From Eledone cirrhosa (taxonomy: Eukaryota): a DNA stretch of 64,000 nt. Positions 54,850 through 64,000 of the stretch are shown here, in pieces. The position numbers and the translations under genes were made by a program. The stretch is taken from contig OZ024742.1 in NCBI GenBank assembly GCA_964016885.1, positions 101,928,001-101,992,000 on the forward strand, read 5' to 3'. The notes beneath the pieces were generated by a model. That model was not told the DNA's origin and did no database searches. It saw nothing but the letters and a program-made list of their open reading frames with translations. Every line of letters starts with the position of its first letter. Within the stretch, counting starts at the first letter, position 1.

Positions 54850-54923
54850 ATATAAATTCCACTATTTTGTGTATGTGCATATATATATATATATGCACAT
54901 ACACAAAATAGTGGAATTTATAT
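54850..54923. repeat. Perfect 74-bp palindrome centred on (AT)8
   Basis: atataaattccactattttgtgtatgtgc(at)8gcacatacacaaaatagtggaatttatat. Confidence 0.95.
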
Positions 54924-56112
54924 TTGGTTAAAATGATTAAGAATCTGAGTAAGAAACTTCAAAGGAACACCATTGACTTTTGGGATGAATCCATCAACTA
55001 AAGGCAAAGCAAGAGGTTAAAAGTTTTGTTTGAAGGAGGCCAAAGTTGTGCACAGGTGTTGGATTGTGGGGGTGGGGTGTATGGTTTTAGGAGCTGTAAA
55101 GTTGTCACACTTGTGTAGGTATATTTAGGGTTGTCATTCATGTAGAGAGGTGGTGTAAGAAGCTATGTTTGTTTATGGGAGATTTAAATAATCTCATGAG
55201 GTTGTGAGAGTTAGCACTTTCATTGCCAAATTTCTAATGAAAGACATTTCCTATGCACTTTAAATAACAAGGAAAATAACCAAATAAAATAACCATTAAG
55301 CTGGCATTTGGAACATAAAGATTTCTACATAAAGTTATGATGGGAGATTTTTGCATAAAACAATTCAAGAATGATAGGTTTTGTATAATAAAATCCTGGT
55401 CAATTTCTGTCAGTTTGGTATCAAATGGGTTGATGGTTTGCTCACTCCGGTGAAACTAGTTGCAGAAAACTGAACAACAAAGTTTCTATGTGGTTGTTAG
55501 ACCTGCTAGAAATAGTAGCCAGATTTTCTTTGAATCAGATGCTGTCATCAAAATAATGTATACTGAGTTGTGTTGGGGGAGAAAAGGTGGGATCATCTTG
55601 GCTTAAATATTTTAACCCTTTTATGACTGTATCTAATGAAATACACTCCAATTAACTGAAGAAAAATTTGAAGGGTTGATTAAAATTTTCATTACAAATC
55701 AATTATAAAATCCCATACTGATTTCAAAATTGATGGCAATAATTTGTGTGACGGAGATTGTGTGTGTGTGTGTTTTGACTGGATTAGATGAAAGGGATAT
55801 GATTTCTGTGTCTTTTCAAGGTTAAGTGTTAAGTTATTGGTTATTGTCAGGCTTTTACAGTAATTTAGAAATTGAGCAAGGATTTCTTATAAGCAGTGCC
55901 ATCTTATACAAGTATACTTATACAAGTACCTTGTTTTGCTGTGGGGTTCATACTGACAAACATTATTTAATTTGCCTTTCATCCTTACGGGGTCGATAAA
56001 ATAAAGTACCAGTAATGCACTGGGTAATTGCTGGCCTTGTGCCTAAAGTAGAAACAATTATTTAATGAGTTTTTTTTTTTATTAGATGGACTTTCTCACA
56101 TTTTCCACGCGC

Positions 56113-56160
<48 letters not shown>

Positions 56161-56536
56161 CCTAAAGAAGGTTGCTCTAAATCCAGTATATTAATGGCAT
56201 TAGATTTATAAATGCAAGACTAATTTCCACATGTTAATTAATACAGAAAGTTCTACAATTAACCAAGTTGTTCCAACTTACTGACTGAAGTATTGTGTTG
56301 TATGTTTACTGAGACTGTATTGTGTGTCTGGCCAAGACAGCTCACAATGATCATGTCTATCCAGTTATGAAAAGGTACTCTGGTGGTTGGCCCACTTCAT
56401 AATTGTTTAACCCTTTAATTACTATGTTTCTAATGAAATACACAACATTTCTATCAATTACAAAATTTGGCGAGACTCACTAAAATTATCATAAGAGGGT
56501 GTTGTAGATTGCTTGAAGCAATGTGGAAAGTGTAGA

Positions 56537-56570
<34 letters not shown>

Positions 56571-58507
56571 CAGGGGGCTACAGTAATGCAACTATGACAT
56601 TAAAGTTAAAAATAACTAAGTTGTTGGAGTGTTACCTTTCAGATTAAAACACGCTAAATTAAGAGCAATGCAAAGTATCCTGCTCTGACATGGTTTCCTT
56701 AACTTTTTGTCACAAAGGGTTATATCCCCAAATATCAAAGACTATTTAAACACCTCCAACTTTATCGTTATTTTTAACATTTAATGTCCTATTTGCATTG
56801 CTGTAGCTCCCCTTAAAAAAGCACACTATTATTTCATTATTAAGATGGTATTTGTAATACAGCTTAGCAAAAGGTTTTGATATTAAATTATGTTGAAAGA
56901 TTTTAATTCAAATACAATCTCTTTAAAATAGCTGGTGCTGTTTCATGGAAACAGAGAATGTTTCATAATTTACAAGGATGAACTGAAGTTATTCGTGGAC
57001 AAAATCTGTAATGGATTATTGGCATGTGAACCATAGGAAAGGGTGTCCCTAAACTAATTTGTGCCACAGGATAGAGTGGGGGGGGGGGGGGTATATTATA
57101 TTGATCGAGTATTTGATTGGTATTTTATTTCATAAACTGCCAGATGGATGAAAGGCAAAGTTGACCTTAGTGGGATTTGAACTCAGAAAATAGATTAAAC
57201 AAGTACTGCAAGATATTTTGTTTGACACATTAATAATCCAAATATTAATAATAATAATAACGATTTTTTTTATTTTATTAGTCACAAGTCATATTATTTT
57301 TATTAGTCACAAGTCGTATTTTTATTAGTCCTATTATTTTATTGACCCCATAAAGTTTGTAAATTTGTTTGTAACAACTGTGGAGAGAAAAAGAATTTGA
57401 TGTTCTGGAATTGTTTTCACTCAAGAGAGGGAAAAGTAAGGCTTAATAGCATTGGGACATCTATCCCAATCATCATCATCTGTTTTCCCTGCTGGCAAGG
57501 GTTGGACCAACATCTAGGATAAACGTAAGGTCTGTCTTAATGTTTGGTGCTATGATAGAAAAAAATTTAACATGTTTATTAGAGGAGTGTCAAGAGGTAT
57601 AAACAAGTTAGGAAGTAGCATCAAAACAAATCATGACAATAAATGTACTAAAAAAAACCCAATTCTCTCTCACTTAAAGGTTCAGTTACAAAATGTCAGA
57701 TTTCTCTTCTTCCCAAAACATACAAACTTATCTAAACTCTCAAACTCCACTAAAACACACATAGATTGTAGATTATCAAGCTGCAAAAAGTTTTAAAACT
57801 TTTCATTTGCCTATGATTTTCAAATAATTTTGAAAATTACCAACATTTTGGAAGGATTTAACAAACTTTCTCATTATTAAATTGAAGTTTGGAACATAAC
57901 AAAACAAAGGTTTTTATATAAAATTATTATGGAAGATTTTTAGATAAATATAAACACTTTAAAATAGTTTTCTATCATAGAATCAGGGGCTGTTTCAGGC
58001 AGTTTGGTATGAAAAGGGTTAACGAAGGCATAGTTGTAAGTAAATAGATATTAGATTGTAGGGTAGATATAATTATTCTCGGTCTGCTTGCTAAATTCTA
58101 CTAATATCCACTGTTGGCTACTACAATGTTCAACTACAACTGACCACTAACCGGTCATTTGCTAGGTATTTTTAGTTATGTATAGCCAACAGACATTTTG
58201 CTTAAATTATGTGTGTTGATGGAGGTGGTGGTGGTTCCTCTATTTCCTGCAACTTATTCAACTTCACCAATATACATATATACATACATGTATGTATGTA
58301 TGTATGTATGTATATAGGTATATATATTTGTATATGTGTGGGTGTATGTATAGTTAATTAGTAGTTGTCTCCCCTCCAACCTCCTGCTCTCACCTACACC
58401 TACACATTCTGATTTTGTTCCAAGGTGCGACACTGCCAGCCTTCTTTCTCTTTTTCCCTATGCATATAGAAAAACACAAACACGCACACGCACACGCACA
58501 CACACAT

Positions 58508-58538
<31 letters not shown>

Positions 58539-60940
58539 ATGTGCATTTATATATGTGTGTATATACACATGTATATATGTGTTTGTATGCCCCTCTACAT
58601 ATTCTAACATAGTAATTAGGTGTCAACTGGGACCATTGAAAAGTCTTGTACTCAATGAATTTCACATTGTTACCATTCTCAATGGGATGGGAAATGGGGG
58701 GGGGGTTTTCTGGCGACCATTTCAAGACAAAATCTTATAATTACTGAAAGTAGGAAAGCTTTCCTGTATTACTGTCTGGTGGTGGTGGTTGGCCTGTGAT
58801 TGTTGGTGAGTGGTGGTGGTGTGAATAATAGTTATGGAAGTAATGGTGGTGGCATGATGGCTGGGGAGATTGCCTTCTTTTACTGCTGCTATTAATTTCA
58901 TTTGCTAATTTGACATTTACTGGCATTACTATTGTGGTTACAAATGTTTAGAGATCTGGAGTAAATAAATGCCTTATAGGAGTTCAAAACCAACAATATG
59001 TCTTTGTACGAATATAAGAAATCATTTTAAATTCTTTTGATGCCAAATCACCTGAAGTCACCTCTGGTTCTGTGATATTAGGATATTTATTCTCACCTTT
59101 CATTGCCATATTTTTAATGAGATCCACAGCCTGATTAATTTAAAAAATAACCACAAATTTGAAGAAGTTGAATAAAATAATTAAGATTTCATTAGTAAAC
59201 TGGTATTTAGAACATTACTTAACAAACATTTCTGATGGCCAACTATACTACCAACCCATCTATCCAAATTTCTGGTTTTGTAACTTTGTTAAAAACAGTA
59301 TTTATAGTTATACCTGAAAAGATAAATAATTGTCATCACTGTTTAATGTTCAATTTCCATCCTTGCATGGGTTAGATGGTTCAGGTGTCTGTCTTGCTAG
59401 TAAACTCTGTATTGGGTTTGGTTTCTACAACTGGACATTCTTCTTAATACCAACCAACATTTCTGGTAGCATTTTATCATGACGCTGGCACTAGTATTGT
59501 ATTGGGTGCTTTTCATTGTAGTATCAGCTCTATCACTTTACAGACATGGGCTGGGTAGTGACTTTTCACTGTGGCACCAGCACTACCATCTTACAGGGTC
59601 GGTTGAGTGCTTTTCACCTTGACATCTACTGCCTTACGGGGTGAACTGGGTACCTTTTGTCATGGTACTAGCATTACCACTTTACATAGGTGGACTGAGT
59701 ACCTTTTGTCATAGGACCAGTATGACCACCTTACAAGTTGGATTGAGTATATTCATCTTGGCACGAGCAGTACCTCTTTACAAGTTGGACTTGGTGCTTT
59801 TTTTTTTTTTTGTAGTATCATCAAACGGAAAAGAGTAATTTACCTGATTTATTTGACTATTCTGTAGTTAATATGTACCTTATGGCAGCTTTTCATAATA
59901 AAAGCAAATAGATATCAAACACACACATACAAATTTTCATAAGGCCAAGTTTGAGTCTTGTTACTCTAGAGTTTCTCCTATGTACTTACAGGCTCATTAG
60001 ACAAGTAAGTGCATATGTGTCTTCGCGCATGAGAAAACTCAAAAAGGAAAAATAACACAATACAATAATTGTTTCTACTTTAGGCACAAGGCCAGCAAAT
60101 TACCCAGTGCATTACTGGTACTTTATTTTATCGACCCCATAAGGATGAAAGGCAAAGTTAACACAACACAATACAATAATGATAGTTTAATGCTTGATAT
60201 AGTTGGAAAAGAGTACTGAAGATTAAGAAATAGATGAATACATTAGCCCAAGGAACCATTTGGAGGAGAGATGAGCTCCTGTTTTGAAAGCAAAGCCAGG
60301 TGCAGCATTTGTCATCTGGCACAGTTGGCAATGAAAAGGGCAGTCACCATGTGTGTGTGTGTGTGTGTGTTTCCTGGTAAGATATTGGAGAAATAAAAAA
60401 AATATAAAGATTATGGCTGTTCTTTTGATTTTATGAAAGTAGGGCGATGGGGTAGTCATGTTTTAGTTGAAAATGTTGGTTCTTTAAATTTGTTGTTTTG
60501 AGGTCATTCTTTTAATTATGTCTGTGAAATATTGATTTCTAATTTAAGCACAGGGCCAATAAATTCTGGAAAGGGCAAATTGATTAAATCAGCCTTAGTA
60601 CTTGATTGGTACTTTATTTTATCAACCTTGAAAGGATGAAAGGCCGGTGGAATTTGAACTCAGATTGTAAAGAGCCAGGACAAATACTGCAATTACATTT
60701 TAGCTGTTGTTTTACCAATTCCACTCTCTGAAATGTTGACATCATGTCTGAAAATATTGACATTAACTTTAATGAAGTTTTTAACATGATTTTTATTCAC
60801 TATTTTTTTTTTTAAAATAGGACTTTTAGCTAGTGTTATTTCAGTCTCTTGTCTGGAAGGGTACTGGGCTTTGATCAAGGTAGTGTCTGTGTGTGTGTGA
60901 GAGAGAGAGTATATGCATTTTTGTATATGTATGTATATGA

Positions 60941-60979
<39 letters not shown>

Positions 60980-60980
<1 letters not shown>

Positions 60981-61680
60981 CATGCTCCGCTGGTTGTGTG
61001 ATAGTAATATAGTGAACGGCAAAGCATAAACGAACTAAGGGAGAAATTAGGAATAAGAGGGATCAGATGTTGTTTACTCGAGAGAAGACTACGTTGGTAC
61101 GGTCACGTGATGCGCATGAAAGACGACGGCTGTATAAAAAAGTGCAGGGCGATAAAAATAGACTGTAGCCGCGGAGTAGGCGGACCCAGAAAAACATGGG
61201 GCGAGTTGATAAATTCCGACCTCACACACTTACACCTCTGCAAGACAATGTCACTGGACCGAGATCTTTGGCGCTACACAGTAATACAGAAGACCCGCCT
61301 TGCCTAAGTACAAAGCGAAACCTACAGTCAGTAGGCACCTCTAACAAAAATACAGCCCCGTCCCACTACCCCACCCCATCCTCACCACCCCTTCCAATGT
61401 AAAGTTATGTTGGGACCACAACATCCAGTCCGAAACAAATGAGGTCGTGTAGGTGTCACAACAAAAAAAAAAACAGTCCACGCTGTAATGTGGCCGTGTA
61501 GGTAACACGGTAAAAACCTCCCAGTCCACACTGTAAACGTGGTTGGTGTTAGGAAGGGCATCCAGCCGTAGAAAATCCGCCAGACAGTCCTACGAGCAAG
61601 ACAACCAATCTTGCCCCAAGTGGGAAAATGCCTGTCCAAACCCATGCTAGCGTGGAAGATGGACGTTAAACAATGATGAT
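60980..61680 (+). mobile_element. 5'-truncated RTE copy of the same family as 50641-54190
   Basis: Encodes ...ERRLRWYGHV...RDLWRY...KTRLA* plus the same 3' UTR and (GAT)n tail; (AT)n on both sides. Confidence 0.92.
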
Positions 61681-61702
61681 ATATATATATATATATATAT
61701 AT

Positions 61703-61822
61703 ATAGGAACGAGTATGACCCCGACGGCTGAGCTCAAGCCGTTTTGACGGCTAATTCTGGACGTCCAGAATTAGCCGTCGAAACGGCTTGAGCTCAGCCG
61801 TCGGGGTCCTACTCGTTCCTAT
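61703..61822. repeat. 120-bp spacerless palindrome (2 mismatches)
   Basis: Centre ctggac|gtccag at 61762/61763. Confidence 0.95.
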
Positions 61823-61938
61823 TACCCACTCTACTACCCTAAGTATTGAGTACTTTGGTGCATTATGGTCCACCTGGTTCCTTACCACATTTCCTCCGTT
61901 ACATATATATATATATATATATAGTTTTAATATAGATG

Positions 61939-61989
61939 AGATTCTACAGGACTAGAACTGTTTCATTCTTTAGAAATCATCAGGAATCT
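61939..61989 (-). ncRNA. Type I hammerhead ribozyme (Penelope-like element terminus)
   Basis: Minus strand AGAUUC CUGAUGA uUUC-uaaa-GAAu GAAA CAG-uucuaguc-CUG UA GAAUCU; stems I and III pair perfectly; first stem II pair is U.U. Confidence 0.8.
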
Positions 61990-62012
61990 GGGTATCAAAA
62001 AATAAAAATGGT

Positions 62013-62073
62013 ATTTATAGGTCTCTACAAGTGGTAGGAGAGGGTGGGGAGTGGGATGGGTGTAGGTCATTGG
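62013..62073 (-). promoter_or_regulatory. Candidate Pol II promoter (CCAAT + TATAAAT) upstream of the minus-strand hammerhead
   Basis: attgg at 62069-62073 and atttata at 62013-62019 on +; the TATA lies ~24 nt before hammerhead stem I. Confidence 0.45.
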
Positions 62074-62483
62074 TTGATAGAAAAGGGAATTCATTAAAAG
62101 CTAATTCTACAAAGCTATAGTTTATTTTTATTTATTTATGTTTTTAGAGTAACAAAGGCAGACAGAATTCTATAAACATGTTCCGGATGGCATACCATTC
62201 CTTGTCATTACGTTTCTCTTAAGCTAACAGATGTCTATAAGATCAGTGGGGGGTCAGTCATGGTAGATAGAATTAAAGAAAAGGGAGATTCTTTAAAAGC
62301 TAAAATCATTAAGGTTCTACTAAGTGACAAAGGTTTAGAGAATTCTGTAGACAGATTCAAAATACTGAGTGCATATCTTACAATTATCTTCGAACTTCTC
62401 TTAAACTAATCAACTATATGCCAAAAATCAACAGACACATTCACAAAAAAACATACTCACCCACACACTCGCGTGCAGCCATA

Positions 62484-62584
62484 AACACACATACACATAT
62501 ACACACATAAAAACACACACATACACATATATATAAAAATATATTTATATACATACATATACATACACACATACATATATATAT

Positions 62585-62631
<47 letters not shown>

Positions 62632-62650
62632 TATATACATACACACACAT

Positions 62651-62697
<47 letters not shown>

Positions 62698-62766
62698 CAC
62701 ATATAAATACACTCACACACATACATACAAACACAAATATACATGTGTATACATATACACATAAAT

Positions 62767-62809
<43 letters not shown>

Positions 62810-62818
62810 CATACATAT

Positions 62819-62861
<43 letters not shown>

Positions 62862-62933
62862 CATACATATATATATATATATATAAAATACAAATACACA
62901 CACATATATACATATACACACACATACACACAA

Positions 62934-62968
<35 letters not shown>

Positions 62969-63096
62969 CATAAACAAATACACACACATATATACATATA
63001 CACACACATACACACAAACACACAAACACACACACACACATATATATATATATACATAAACAAATATATACATATACATACACACACACATACATA

Positions 63097-63144
<48 letters not shown>

Positions 63145-63162
63145 TATATAAGGAAAAAGCAC

Positions 63163-63230
<68 letters not shown>

Positions 63231-63285
63231 CACCATTCATACATATATTCATATATATATACATACACATATATATATATATATA

Positions 63286-63342
<57 letters not shown>

Positions 63343-63395
63343 ATACATACATACATATATACACAAATACATACACACATATACACACACACACA
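62484..63395. repeat. Compound (CA)n/(TA)n/(GA)n microsatellite
   Basis: Directly visible. Confidence 0.95.
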
Positions 63396-64000
63396 ATACA
63401 AAAGTGAGTTACAAACGAAACGAAATTTAATTTCGTTTCGTTATTTGTTTTTATCGTCTCCGCTGAACCGGTACGTACTCACGCTCTATGCAAATTAGTC
63501 TGCCCACTACTAATTTTCATAGAAAAAGCATATAACGATATGTGCTTTTACGATTCTCTAGAAAGGCCGGAAGATAGGTAAATATTGCTGATGAGATGTA
63601 ACAACATCGAAACTAGTCCAATATTCCTTGTCTGGCTTTCTGGAGAATAGAGGAAAGGTGTTTCCTCGAAAACCAGTATGACTCTAAAAACCGGTTTGTC
63701 TGTGTGTTTACATACAGAATAGCTGGACACTCACAGTAAAGTGTCCAGTGAAAAACTCGGTACATCTACATATGTACACGTGTGTGTATTCATATGCATA
63801 CTAGTATTTCAGTATACATATGTGGATGTACATTTTTAATTTAATTGTTTAAGCGTCAGTCATACAAAAGTGAGTTACAAACGAAACGAAATTTAATTTC
63901 GTTTCGTTATTTGTTTTTATCGTCTCCGCTGAACCGGTACGTACTCACGCTCTATGCAAATTAGTCTGCCCACTACTAATTTTCATAGAAAAAGCATATA
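63396..64000 (+). mobile_element. 466-bp tandem hammerhead-containing repeat (non-LTR retrozyme or Penelope-like pLTR)
   Basis: 63396-63534 is identical to 63862-64000; the unit contains the hammerhead and many hairpins and starts directly after a (CA/TA)n tract. Confidence 0.8.
63581..63625 (+). ncRNA. Minimal type I hammerhead ribozyme with intact core
   Basis: Stem I AAUAUUG/CAAUAUU, CUGAUGA, stem II GAUGU-aaca-ACAUC, GAAA, palindromic stem III (A)CUAG(U), GUC cleavage triplet ending at 63618. Confidence 0.92.

Noticed and set aside
56574-56605. Poly-T + cag acceptor-like site
   Set aside because: Immediate stop in the needed phase; the poly-T is probably a retro tail or homopolymer.
62441-63396. 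Long CV/YI-rich ORFs (also ~27.1, 35.8, 41.4 and 50.2 kb)
   Set aside because: Dinucleotide microsatellites lacking stop codons.

Overview
AT-rich, repeat-dense animal genomic DNA; the repeat landscape suggests an octopus or other coleoid cephalopod (inference). One + strand spliced gene was reconstructed by hand from 11 phase-consistent GT-AG exons (4104-39259), plus a tentative last exon at 40527-40572. It encodes a ~1,100-aa BC-box + LRR protein resembling LRRC41/MUF1. Introns and the downstream region hold tRNA-derived SINEs, Tc1/mariner-, hAT- and piggyBac-type MITEs, mini- and microsatellites, decayed CRE-, R4/Dong- and Rex3-like LINE fragments, and a near-full-length RTE LINE (50641-54190, -). 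That LINE has an open APE-RT frame with a C4HC3 PHD finger inserted inside the RT. The most notable signal is a set of hammerhead-ribozyme elements lodged in (TA)n/(CA)n microsatellites. The best is a 466-bp directly repeated unit (63396 to the window end) with a canonical minimal type I hammerhead (63581-63625) in a heavily hairpinned RNA: a candidate genome-encoded, viroid-like circular RNA (non-LTR retrozyme). There is also a minus-strand hammerhead with CCAAT/TATA upstream (61939-62073), a 120-bp palindrome built from half a hammerhead (61703-61822), and decayed hammerheads at ~29.7 kb and ~25.3 kb. Most ORFs in the supplied track are microsatellite artefacts.
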